A stretch of 48,316 bases of DNA from Dehalococcoidia bacterium (GTDB lineage: Bacteria; Chloroflexota; Dehalococcoidia; Lucifugimonadales; UBA2985), in NCBI GenBank assembly GCA_015661155.1, contig JACVQK010000020.1, positions 1 to 48,316 on the forward strand, read 5' to 3'. Shown one piece after another: positions 20,905 to 29,615 of this stretch. Both the position numbers and the translations under genes were made by a program. The notes beneath the pieces were generated by a model. The model was not told the DNA's origin, made no database searches, and saw nothing but the letters and a program-made list of their open reading frames with translations. Positions within the stretch are counted from its first letter, which is position 1, and every line of letters starts with the position of its first letter.

Positions 20905-22422
20905 ATGAATGTCAGAGCACAGGTCTCCATGGTCTTCCACTTGGACAAGTGCATTGGCTGTCACACGTGCAGTATCGCCTGCAAGAACATCTGGACGGAC
21001 CGCAAGGGCACCGAATACATGTGGTGGAACAACGTGGAGACCAAGCCCGGTACGGGATACCCCACCCGGTGGGAGGACCAGGAAAAGTACAGGGGCGGCT
21101 GGGAAATGGACCCAAAGAAGCAGGGGCTGAAGCTGAAGCTCCAGGGCAGATTGGGCGCTCTGGGGAACATATTCCACAACCCCTACCTTCCCAGCATGGA
21201 CGACTACTACGAGCCCTGGACCTATGACTACGAGCACCTCTTCAATGCTCCCGAGGGCGATGACCAGCCTACTGCCCGGGCTATTTCCATGATCACAGGA
21301 AGGCACATGGACAACATTGAGGCAGGCCCCAACTGGGACGACGACCTGGGCGGCTCTCCGGTGTATGCCGACAGCGACCCCAACCTCGCCGCTCTCACCC
21401 CCGACGAACGGAGCCAGCTCAACGAAATCGAGCGGGTGGTGTTCTTCTACCTGCCCCGTATCTGCAACCACTGTCTGAATCCAGGCTGCGTGGCAGCCTG
21501 CCCCGCAGGAGCACCTTACAAGCGAGGCGAGGACGGTCTGGTGCTCCTGAACCAGGAGAAGTGCCGGGGCTGGAGGATGTGTATCTCCGGGTGCCCCTAC
21601 AAGAAGACCTATTTCAACTGGACCACGGGCAAATCTGAGAAGTGCATCCTGTGCTACCCACGCCTGGAGAGTGGCCAGCCGCCGGCCTGTTTCCACGCCT
21701 GCGTCGGACGCATCCGCTACCTGGGAGTCCTGCTCTACGACGCTGACCGTATTGAAGAAGTTGCCAGGGCTGCCGACAGAGACCTGGTGGATGCCCAGCG
21801 GGGGATCATCCTTGACCCCTTTGACCCGAAGGTCATTGCCGCAGCCAGGGCAGGCGGCATCTCCGACGACATGGTCGTGTCTGCCCAGAGGTCCCCAGTC
21901 TACAAGTTCGTGAAACTGTGGAAACTGGCCCTGCCGCTTCATCCTGAGTTCCGCACCCTTCCCATGTTGTTCTACGTGCCGCCCATGCTGCCGGTGCTGG
22001 CCAAGCTCAAGGACGGCCTCTACGAAGTTGACGGAGCAGATAGCGAAGGGCTTACACCCCTGCTCACCTCCCTGAAGCAGGCCCGGTTGCCCCTGCGGTA
22101 CATGGCCAGCCTGTTTTCGGCGGGTAATGAGGAGGTTGTTGAGGCCGTCTACCGGAAGCTCATTGCCGTGCGTCTGCACATGCGCTCCCAGCGGGTGAAG
22201 GATGTGCCTGAGGTGGAAGCTCATCGGGCCTTGGCCCAGGGTGGGATAACCCCGGAGGAGGCGGAAGCGGTCTTTCGGCTGACGTCGCTCCCGACCTTTG
22301 ATGAGCGCTTCGTCGTGCCGCCGATGGCGCGTGAGATGGCCATAGAGCCGACGGAGAATCCCCTTGCGCGCAAACAGGCGGCTGGTTTCGGCTTCCGCCG
22401 GGCAGCCAAGCGGAGGTGGTAG
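20905..22422 (+). CDS. narH: Nitrate reductase / nitrite oxidoreductase beta subunit (NarH/NxrB)
   Basis: CIGCHTCSIAC, CNHCLNPGCVAAC, CRGWRMCISGC, CILCYP...CFHAC Fe-S motifs. Confidence 0.96.
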   Translation: MNVRAQVSMVFHLDKCIGCHTCSIACKNIWTDRKGTEYMWWNNVETKPGTGYPTRWEDQEKYRGGWEMDPKKQGLKLKLQGRLGALGNIFHNPYLPSMDDYYEPWTYDYEHLFNAPEGDDQPTARAISMITGRHMDNIEAGPNWDDDLGGSPVYADSDPNLAALTPDERSQLNEIERVVFFYLPRICNHCLNPGCVAACPAGAPYKRGEDGLVLLNQEKCRGWRMCISGCPYKKTYFNWTTGKSEKCILCYPRLESGQPPACFHACVGRIRYLGVLLYDADRIEEVARAADRDLVDAQRGIILDPFDPKVIAAARAGGISDDMVVSAQRSPVYKFVKLWKLALPLHPEFRTLPMLFYVPPMLPVLAKLKDGLYEVDGADSEGLTPLLTSLKQARLPLRYMASLFSAGNEEVVEAVYRKLIAVRLHMRSQRVKDVPEVEAHRALAQGGITPEEAEAVFRLTSLPTFDERFVVPPMAREMAIEPTENPLARKQAAGFGFRRAAKRRW

Positions 22423-22424
22423 AG

Positions 22425-23039
22425 ATGGGTGAGCAAACCGTTGAACGGCGTATGTTTCGCCTGTTCGCAGACATTCTAAGCTATCCCTCCGTAGACCTGT
22501 TGGAGAGGGCAGGGGAATGCGAGGCCCTGGTTTCCACAATAAACCCCAGCGTAGCCTCCCTGGTGGGCAACTTCCGGGCCTTTGTGGAAGTGGCGTCCCA
22601 GGGGCACCTCGAGGAGCTTTATACCGCCACCTTCGACCTGGACGCGGCATATCACCCCTACCTGGGATACCACCTGTTCGGCGAGAGCTATGAGCGAAGC
22701 GCCTTTCTTCTGGAGCTCAAAGAGCGGTATCGAGCCCAGGGGTACATTGCTGATGAAAAAGAGCTGCCGGACCGCCTGTCCGTCGTCCTGGCCTTTCTCT
22801 CGGTGAGTGCCGATGCGGGCTTGAATCAAGAAATTGTCCAAGAGGGATTGTTGCCCGCGCTGGAGAAAATGATGAAACGGTCACAGGAGGCCGGCGACGA
22901 ACCCGCGGACGAACCCCCGGATGATATCCATCTCTACCAGAGCCTGCTCCTGGCGCTACAGATGCTTTTGCCTGAGTTTCAGCCGGCCTCTGTTCCAGAG
23001 GAAGAGGCCCTTTCCACAGGAGGTAGAGCCGATGATTGA
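22425..23039 (+). CDS. narJ: Molybdoenzyme chaperone NarJ
   Basis: LSYP, LEELYTATFD, PYLGYHLFGE, ELPD; position in operon. Confidence 0.9.
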   Translation: MGEQTVERRMFRLFADILSYPSVDLLERAGECEALVSTINPSVASLVGNFRAFVEVASQGHLEELYTATFDLDAAYHPYLGYHLFGESYERSAFLLELKERYRAQGYIADEKELPDRLSVVLAFLSVSADAGLNQEIVQEGLLPALEKMMKRSQEAGDEPADEPPDDIHLYQSLLLALQMLLPEFQPASVPEEEALSTGGRADD

Positions 23040-23709
23040 CATCGTCCTTTTCGCGGCCTTTCCCTACATGGCGGTGCTTGTGGCTGTCCTGGTCGGAGTA
23101 TACCGCTACTTCAACGATCGGTTCTCCTACTCCAGCTTTTCGTCCCAGTTCCTGGAGAACCGTGCCCTGTTCTGGGGCTCAGTGTCCTGGCACTATGCAG
23201 TCATCGTCATTCTGCTGGCCCATGTGCTGGCGCTGGTGTTTTCCGGCGGCTGGGCTACTCTCATCGCTGCGCCGGTGCGCCTGTATACCCTGGAGGTCAT
23301 CGGGCTAGCCTTGAGTGCGTCGGCTCTGCTGGGGCTAGTGCTACTCATCTTGAGGCGTCTCCTCAACGCACGTATCTTCACCGTCACCTCTACCATGGAC
23401 TGGGTGTTGCTGGCAGCCCTGCTGGCTCAGGTGGTCCTTGGCCTCTGGACGGCTCTTTTCTATCGGTGGGGATCAGACTGGTCTTTGGCCACGGTCGCGC
23501 CCTGGCTGGTATCCTTGGCCAAGCTCAGCCCTCAGACAGAGCTCGTCGCCTCCCTTCCTTGGGTGGTCAAGCTGCACATGCTGGGAGGGTTCGCCATCAT
23601 CGCCCTTTTCCCCTTCACTCGTCTGGTACACCTGGTTACCTTCCCGATCACCTACCTGTGGCGACCCTACCAGGTAGTGGTCTGGAACTGGCGCAAGAAA
23701 CAGACCTGA
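23032..23709 (+). CDS. narI: Gamma subunit, cytochrome b membrane anchor (NarI)
   Basis: SSFSSQFLE, WH...H and LH...PFTRLVH heme-b His pairs; GGAGG RBS before ATG 23032. Confidence 0.93.
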   Translation: MIDIVLFAAFPYMAVLVAVLVGVYRYFNDRFSYSSFSSQFLENRALFWGSVSWHYAVIVILLAHVLALVFSGGWATLIAAPVRLYTLEVIGLALSASALLGLVLLILRRLLNARIFTVTSTMDWVLLAALLAQVVLGLWTALFYRWGSDWSLATVAPWLVSLAKLSPQTELVASLPWVVKLHMLGGFAIIALFPFTRLVHLVTFPITYLWRPYQVVVWNWRKKQT

Positions 23710-23798
23710 TCGCAAGAACCACCTGGGGTTATATCACGCATTAAGGAGTAGAACCCCACCCGGGAGCTGCATGTCTGGACACGAAAAGATCAAGGTGA

Positions 23799-25136
23799 AT
23801 GAGTATGCGGGTGAGCACGCGAGCCAGTAGGACAAACAAAACAGAGCAGTTTATCCTGGCCAGCATGGGATTCTTCTGGTGTTTCCTCATGTGGTTCGCC
23901 TCGGCGGCCTTCAGCCCGAGCATCGCGGAGGACTACGGCCTTTCCATAGCGCAGCTAGGCATCCTGGCGAGCTCCGCGATATGGCTGGCACCTGTGGGAC
24001 GAATTGTGGCAGGGTGGGCGGCGGACAGGATTGGAGCGCCGAACACCTTTGCGATAATCCTGGTTTTCACGGGGCTGTTCAGCATAGGGTCGGCATTTGC
24101 AAGCAGCTACAACGTTCTCTTCATCATGCGCGTGGTCGTGGCCATGGCGGGCGTCTCCTTCGTGGTCGGAATCCAGCACGTCGCCCAGTGGTTCGAGGAC
24201 AAGGAGATTGGGCTAGCCGAGGGGCTCTTCGCGGGAACTGGAAACGTGGGAGCAGGTATGGGAGCGCTCCTGCTTCCCAGGATATACGGCACCAACTACT
24301 CCGACGCCTTTCTTCACCTGGGATTGGTGGCGCTGCTGATTGGGGCAGTGTACTACTGGCGTGGTGTGGCGGCCAAGACCGAGCAGATAGCCCGGAGAGC
24401 AGCTGCGGTTGCCACCCCTCGAGACAGCCTCTTTGTGTGGACCCGGTACTGCGCCATAGCGTTGATGTTGGCCTACGCCATGGCCTTCGGCCTGGAGATA
24501 GGCATGAACGCCTGGCTGCCAGGCTACTATGCCAAGGGGTTCTCAGAGGAGATCAAGCGCCTCGGATTCACGGGTGCCGTATCTGTCCAGGTGGCAGCCG
24601 GGACCTTCGCCGCCGTGGAATCATTCAACGCCTCTCTCTGGAGGCCCTTCTCAGGCTACATGTCGGACATATGGCAGAGGAAGGGGTGGATGCCGTTCCC
24701 GATAATCAGCAAGCACCTGCCGTATTCGCCTCGGATTCACTGGCTGGCCATGGCCCTGGTGCTGATCACCATAATGATGGTGTTGCTAACGGTGGCAGGT
24801 CTCCTGGGCTATCTGCACATGTCGGTGCTTGTACTGGCCTTCTTCGGTATCGCCATCGCCTTCGGAACAGGGGGCACCTTTGCCATCGTTCCCCTGATGT
24901 TCAGGGATCGACCGGGGGCTGCGGCAGGCTTTATCGGCGGTTTCTCCACAGGTGGAGGAATCATCTACCCACTGGTATACGGATTCTTGCCGAACATCCA
25001 CATGGGGTATGCCTTCGTCGCCCTGAGCATGTTCATACCGATCATCCTCTTCTACTTCTGGACGATGCGGTACGAGAGACATCCTGAGGAACACGGGATG
25101 GGCAGCAAGGAACACTGGCTTGGTACCGCTGCTTGA
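23799..25136 (+). CDS. narK: MFS nitrate/nitrite transporter (NarK/NNP family)
   Basis: About 12 TM; GRIVAGWAADRIG, GLFAGTGNVG and GTGGTFAIVP nitrate-signature-like motifs. Confidence 0.8.
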   Translation: MSMRVSTRASRTNKTEQFILASMGFFWCFLMWFASAAFSPSIAEDYGLSIAQLGILASSAIWLAPVGRIVAGWAADRIGAPNTFAIILVFTGLFSIGSAFASSYNVLFIMRVVVAMAGVSFVVGIQHVAQWFEDKEIGLAEGLFAGTGNVGAGMGALLLPRIYGTNYSDAFLHLGLVALLIGAVYYWRGVAAKTEQIARRAAAVATPRDSLFVWTRYCAIALMLAYAMAFGLEIGMNAWLPGYYAKGFSEEIKRLGFTGAVSVQVAAGTFAAVESFNASLWRPFSGYMSDIWQRKGWMPFPIISKHLPYSPRIHWLAMALVLITIMMVLLTVAGLLGYLHMSVLVLAFFGIAIAFGTGGTFAIVPLMFRDRPGAAAGFIGGFSTGGGIIYPLVYGFLPNIHMGYAFVALSMFIPIILFYFWTMRYERHPEEHGMGSKEHWLGTAA

Positions 25137-25151
25137 TATTCGACAAAGGAG

Positions 25152-25367
25152 ATGCATCGCATGAATAGAGCGGATGTCACGCCCGGGAGCAAGGATAGGG
25201 CTGAAGAGCACGCCCTGGAGAACGAGTTCGGAAGCGACCCGACGAAAGAGTTCGGGTACAAACGGGCTGTAGCGGCCGTGTATCTGGAGATAGTGATAGC
25301 AGTGGCCGTGACCATCTTCTCGCTCTACATGGCCCTGACAGGAACCGGGGGGTTCCCGGGCAAGTAG
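25152..25367 (+). CDS. Small single-TM protein
   Basis: AAGGAG RBS; hydrophobic C-terminal helix. Confidence 0.6.
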   Translation: MHRMNRADVTPGSKDRAEEHALENEFGSDPTKEFGYKRAVAAVYLEIVIAVAVTIFSLYMALTGTGGFPGK

Positions 25368-25423
25368 GCGCCCAACGCCACGGAGGTCGGCGGAGACGGT
25401 GATTGTAGAAGTGTAGAGACCCG

Positions 25424-25459
25424 ATCGGAGACTGGTCTACTATCGGAGACTGGTCTACT
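25424..25459 (+). repeat. 18-bp perfect tandem duplication
   Basis: ATCGGAGACTGGTCTACT twice, immediately before the RBS of the second transporter. Confidence 0.9.
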
Positions 25460-25470
25460 AAGGAGAAGGA

Positions 25471-26868
25471 ATGAAGATGGCGTCGACATGGATGAAGGCC
25501 TGGACCCCCGAGGCCCCCCAGTTCTGGGAGGAAACCGGGCGACGGATCGCCTGGCAGACGCTGATAATCACGACCCTGAGTCTCGTCTTCTCCTTTGCCA
25601 CCTGGTTCGTGATGAGCGCAGTGGTGGTCCGTCTCCCCAATGTAGGCTTCCAGTTCAGCACCTTGCAGCTCTTCTGGCTGGGGGCCATGCCCGGCCTGGC
25701 AGGAGGAACGTTACGGATACTTCACACCTTTTTGATTCCCATGTTCGGCACCCGGCACGTCATCACCGTAGCGACGCTGCTGAAGGTTCTGCCGTGCGTG
25801 GGACTGGGCCTGGCCGTCACGAACCCCGGGACGCCGTTCTGGGTCTTCGTCGCGCTGGCGCTCGCCCTCGGCCTCGGGGGCGGAGACTTCTCCTCCCATA
25901 TGCCCAGCACCAGCCTCTTCTTCCCGCGCCGGCTCCAGGGGACGGCGCTGGGCATCCAGGCCGGGATCGGCAACTTCGGCGTCAGCCTGACCCAGTTCGT
26001 CGCTCCCTGGATCATGGGCTTCGCCATCTTCGGCACCCTTCTCGGCGGCTCTCAGACATTTGTCAAGGGTGACGTCACCCGCTCCATCTGGGTTCAGAAT
26101 GCCCTCCTCTGGTTCGTGCCCTTTCTGGTTGTGATGGGCATTGCCGCATGGCTGCTACTGAGGAGCGTACCGGTGCGGGCCACCTTCCGGCAACAACTGG
26201 ATATCTTCAAAGACAAGCACACATGGTTCTGCACCATCACCTATGTCATGACCTTCGGTTCCTTTTCCGGGCTGGCGGCGGCGTTCCCGATGATGATACG
26301 AGCGCTCTATGGCGACTTTCCCGGCGGGCCTGACCCTCTCCGCTACGCATTCTTGGGACCGCTGGTGGGGTCTCTTATGCGGGTCGTCATGGGATGGCCC
26401 TCCGACCGTTGGGGCGGAAGCATCTTCACGCAGCTCGCCGGTGCAGGGCTCATCGTCTGCAGCTTGCTGCTCATTCTGGGCGGGTATCTCGCGCCGACCT
26501 CCCTTGACCAGTTCCCGATGTTTGTCATATTGATGATGCTGCTCTTCTTTTTCGCCGGAACGGGCAACGCCTCTACCTTCAGGCAGTATCCCATCATCTT
26601 TTCTCATTCGCCGCGGCAGGGTGCGGGCGTTCTCGGGTTTTCGGCGGCCATTGCCGCCTACGGTCCCTTCATCTTCTCCGGGGTGATCGGTACATCCATC
26701 GCGGCAACAGGCTCCGCGGTGCCCTTTTTCTGGGGCGCCATCGCCTTCTGGGCGCTCGCCTCTGGCATCAACTGGTGGTTTTACACCCGCCCGGGCAAGG
26801 AACGCTGGGACTTCGGTAGCAAGGGGGGAACATGGTGGGATACAAGAGCGGGAAAGGAGAACCCGTAA
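25471..26868 (+). CDS. narK: NarK2/NarT-type nitrate/nitrite antiporter
   Basis: W.PE...FW, GGGDFSS.M...S.FFP, GIQAGIGNFGVS, TFGSFSG, GTGNASTFR. Confidence 0.9.
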   Translation: MKMASTWMKAWTPEAPQFWEETGRRIAWQTLIITTLSLVFSFATWFVMSAVVVRLPNVGFQFSTLQLFWLGAMPGLAGGTLRILHTFLIPMFGTRHVITVATLLKVLPCVGLGLAVTNPGTPFWVFVALALALGLGGGDFSSHMPSTSLFFPRRLQGTALGIQAGIGNFGVSLTQFVAPWIMGFAIFGTLLGGSQTFVKGDVTRSIWVQNALLWFVPFLVVMGIAAWLLLRSVPVRATFRQQLDIFKDKHTWFCTITYVMTFGSFSGLAAAFPMMIRALYGDFPGGPDPLRYAFLGPLVGSLMRVVMGWPSDRWGGSIFTQLAGAGLIVCSLLLILGGYLAPTSLDQFPMFVILMMLLFFFAGTGNASTFRQYPIIFSHSPRQGAGVLGFSAAIAAYGPFIFSGVIGTSIAATGSAVPFFWGAIAFWALASGINWWFYTRPGKERWDFGSKGGTWWDTRAGKENP

Positions 26869-26912
26869 GGGAGTACAATGGGTCCAGAATCTCAGTTGCA
26901 GGAGAAGTGCAG

Positions 26913-27395
26913 ATGGGAATGAGGGAGCAGAACACTATCACTGAGCTACTTCAGTCGGAACACCGGTGGGTAGACGAGCGTTTCCAGGGGTTCCGGCAGC
27001 ATCTGGCCGAGGGGCGGGTCGACGCAGAGCCTTTCCAGGAAGCTGCCAAAGTTCTCTACCGGCATATCTACCTGGAAGAGGTGATACTCTTCCCGGAGGT
27101 AGAGGCACGAGGCGTGGTAGGCCCAACCGCGGTGATGGCCCAGGAACACGGCGAGATATGGCGACTCTTAGAAGGCATTCAGGACCGTATCCGGCAAAAC
27201 GCCGGGGCTGGCCGTATTCAGGACGCCTTTGATGCCCTCCACAGCCTGCTGGAGGAGCACAACTTCAAGGAGGAAAAGATACTGTATCCCTCCGCGGACA
27301 GGCTCCTGGACAGCGCTCGAGTTGTAGCACAGCTGAAGCAGGCCACCCTACCTGACGGCTGGGTGTGTCTAGCCCTCCAGTCCGGCAGAAGCTGA
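26913..27395 (+). CDS. Hemerythrin/HHE domain protein
   Basis: EH, HIYLEE.ILFP, EHGEI, HNFKEE.ILYP; AGGAG RBS. Confidence 0.88.
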   Translation: MGMREQNTITELLQSEHRWVDERFQGFRQHLAEGRVDAEPFQEAAKVLYRHIYLEEVILFPEVEARGVVGPTAVMAQEHGEIWRLLEGIQDRIRQNAGAGRIQDAFDALHSLLEEHNFKEEKILYPSADRLLDSARVVAQLKQATLPDGWVCLALQSGRS

Positions 27396-27543
27396 AATCG
27401 CTCCCTGCCAGTGCTCGCGACGCTCAGATGATGCCACGTGTATGCTGTGTTCGTATACTGACTTCGCCAGGGCCCAGGTCGCCGATGTCCATACCAAGTC
27501 CGGGCGCACCGGCCAATGGGGGATGGCGTGATTGGTCTTACCG

Positions 27544-28452
27544 ATGAGATTTCATGAGCTGTACACGACTGGACACCCAGCCATCTCCTTCGAGATAGTT
27601 CCCCCCAGAACGGCAACGACTCTAGCAGGGATGGAAGAGCGATTGCCGCAGCTCATCGCCCTGTGCCCATCCTTGATAACGGTGACTTACGGAGCGATGG
27701 GCGGCACGCGGGAGCATACTCTGGAGACCGCTTCCAGGATACAGAACGAGTACGGGATGGAGACTGCCCACCACCTGACCTGTGTAGGATTCAGCCGCGA
27801 TGAAATCAATCTCGTACTGGAGGATATCCGAAACCACAACATCTCGAACATCGTGGCCCTTCGAGGAGACCCTCCACAAGGGGAGACGGGGTTTACGTGG
27901 CCCAGGGATGGTTACAGCCACGGCAATCAGCTGGTAGAGCATATCAGCCGCTTTGGCGGATTCGGCATCGCCGTGGCGGGCCACCCGGAAAAGCACCTCG
28001 AAGCCCCCGATTCCAAGACGGACCTGCAAAACCTGAAACGCAAGGTGGATAGTGGTGCTGACGCGGTCATTACCCAGCTATTCTTCGACAACCGCATCTT
28101 CTATGACTTCGTAGAGCGGTGCCGTGCCATAGGCATCCATCAGCCCATCATCCCCGGACTTCTGCCAATCCTGGGCATGGAGCAGATCAAGCGCATCACC
28201 GGCATGTGCGGTGCGACCATTCCTGATGAGCTCTTTCGTCAGCTACAGAAGGCAGGGGACGACGAGGAACGGGTACATGAAATCGGCATAACGCACACAG
28301 CAAACCAGGCCCTGGACTTGTTGCGCCAGGGGGTCAAGGGCATTCACTTCTACGTGCCGAACCCACACTTCCCCATGGGCGAAATCATGGAGCGCATAAA
28401 GCCAGCACTATCCGGGAGCGAAGGGGTGGTGGTGGCAGAGGGGTTGGGGTAG
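27544..28452 (+). CDS. metF: 5,10-methylenetetrahydrofolate reductase
   Basis: SFEIVPP, VTYGAMG, HLTCVG, ALRGDPP, ITQLFFD, GIHFY. Confidence 0.9.
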   Translation: MRFHELYTTGHPAISFEIVPPRTATTLAGMEERLPQLIALCPSLITVTYGAMGGTREHTLETASRIQNEYGMETAHHLTCVGFSRDEINLVLEDIRNHNISNIVALRGDPPQGETGFTWPRDGYSHGNQLVEHISRFGGFGIAVAGHPEKHLEAPDSKTDLQNLKRKVDSGADAVITQLFFDNRIFYDFVERCRAIGIHQPIIPGLLPILGMEQIKRITGMCGATIPDELFRQLQKAGDDEERVHEIGITHTANQALDLLRQGVKGIHFYVPNPHFPMGEIMERIKPALSGSEGVVVAEGLG

Positions 28453-28479
28453 AGCGCGAGCTGAGGTGAGCGGTAAGGA

Positions 28480-28649
28480 GGAGTCCAGAGGGGCTACGCC
28501 CCTTTGCTGGGGGTCTGGGGGTGTCCCCCCAGACTGGGCTGAGCCCAGACCCACACCTCACGAACCGTAGAACATGGTCAGACCAGGGCAGCGACAGTTG
28601 ATTGCGGGTGCAGGGGGATGGTCGAAAGGGTTTTTCAGCACCCTGCTAA
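28480..28649. mobile_element. Composite family A + module B (core type 1) element
   Basis: AGGGGCTACGCCCCT, CTGGGGGTGTCCCCCCAG, CTGGGCTGAGCCCAG, core GAACCGTAGAACATGGTCAGAC; right end TTTTTCAGCACCCTG-CTAA abuts TSUP stop. Confidence 0.78.
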
Positions 28650-29414
28650 ACCATCCCTGACACGATCTGGCGTACTCCCCCGGCCACCAGCGCCAGGGAT
28701 AGACCCCACATCACGAACCTGTGGTTGACCCTACCGGACAGGTAAACGCCTAGCTGGGCCCCCAGAATGGCTCCAATGCCCACCAGGCCCGTCCTTCTCC
28801 ACCCCTGGCGGAACTGGCCGGTGAAGACGTGCACCAGAACGCCGGCCAGGGCGGTGAAGATCACCGTGAATTGGGAGGTGGCCGTGGCTATGGCCGTAGG
28901 GACTTTTAGCAACCCTATCAACAGGGGCAGCTCCACAATACCCCCACCTATGCCAAAGAAGCCGGAGACAAAGCCAGCTAGAGGACTCAGAAGGACCAGT
29001 GCGGGCTCGTTTACGCGGAAAAGGTACGAGCTTCGTGCCCCGCCAGAACATGTACAACGCGCCAAGGAGCATGACGAAGCCAAATATCAGCTCGAACTGG
29101 CTTCTGCTGACAAATCGGGTTAGCAGAGCGCCCGCGACTCCCGCTGGAACTGCGCCGATGGCTAACAGAGTGCCCGTCCGAATATCGATGCGACCCTGGC
29201 GGTGGTAGCCCCATGTGCCGGATGTAGCGTTAAGGAAGACGACAGCCAGAGAGATGCCGGTGACGGTGGTAGGAGAGGATGCGGGGAAAAGGAGAAGGAG
29301 CACCGGCACCAGGATGAATCCCCCGCCAACTCCCAGGAGCGTCCCGAAGGCTCCTGCGGCAACACCCAGCAGAGGTAGCCCGACCAGGTGATACGCCGTC
29401 AGGTCAGCGGGCAT
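28646..29414 (-). pseudogene. TSUP (TauE/SafE) sulfite exporter-family protein, frameshifted near 29010-29040
   Basis: GVGGGFILVP half in ORF 28731-29414 and GIGGGIVELP half in ORF 28646-29083. Confidence 0.75.
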
Positions 29415-29503
29415 ACCCGCATTCTAGGGTATTCGACTCTCGTGGTCAAGCTCACCATGAGCGGGTCGGGAGGCAGGCGCTGTTTACCACGGGTGAGAGA
29501 AAG

Positions 29504-29600
29504 CCCTGTCATTCTGAAGGAGCGTAGCGAGTGAAGAATGACAGGGAAGGACTCAGCATGACATTCCTCTCTCTTCGCTCATCATGAGCTTGTCGAAGGG
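29504..29600. repeat. REP-like hairpins of a second family
   Basis: 12-bp IR CCCTGTCATTCT/AGAATGACAGGG, followed by CTCAGCATGAC and GAGCTTGTCGAAGG motifs. Confidence 0.6.
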
Positions 29601-29615
29601 CATGGGCGGGCGAGC

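Noticed and set aside
20809-22650. Long antisense ORFs (also 1099-2478, 8401-9978, 32050-33090, 40600-41778)
   Set aside because: Shadow ORFs opposite well-supported genes in GC-rich DNA, with no motifs
27396-27543. SAM riboswitch before metF
   Set aside because: No SAM-I core motifs recognisable
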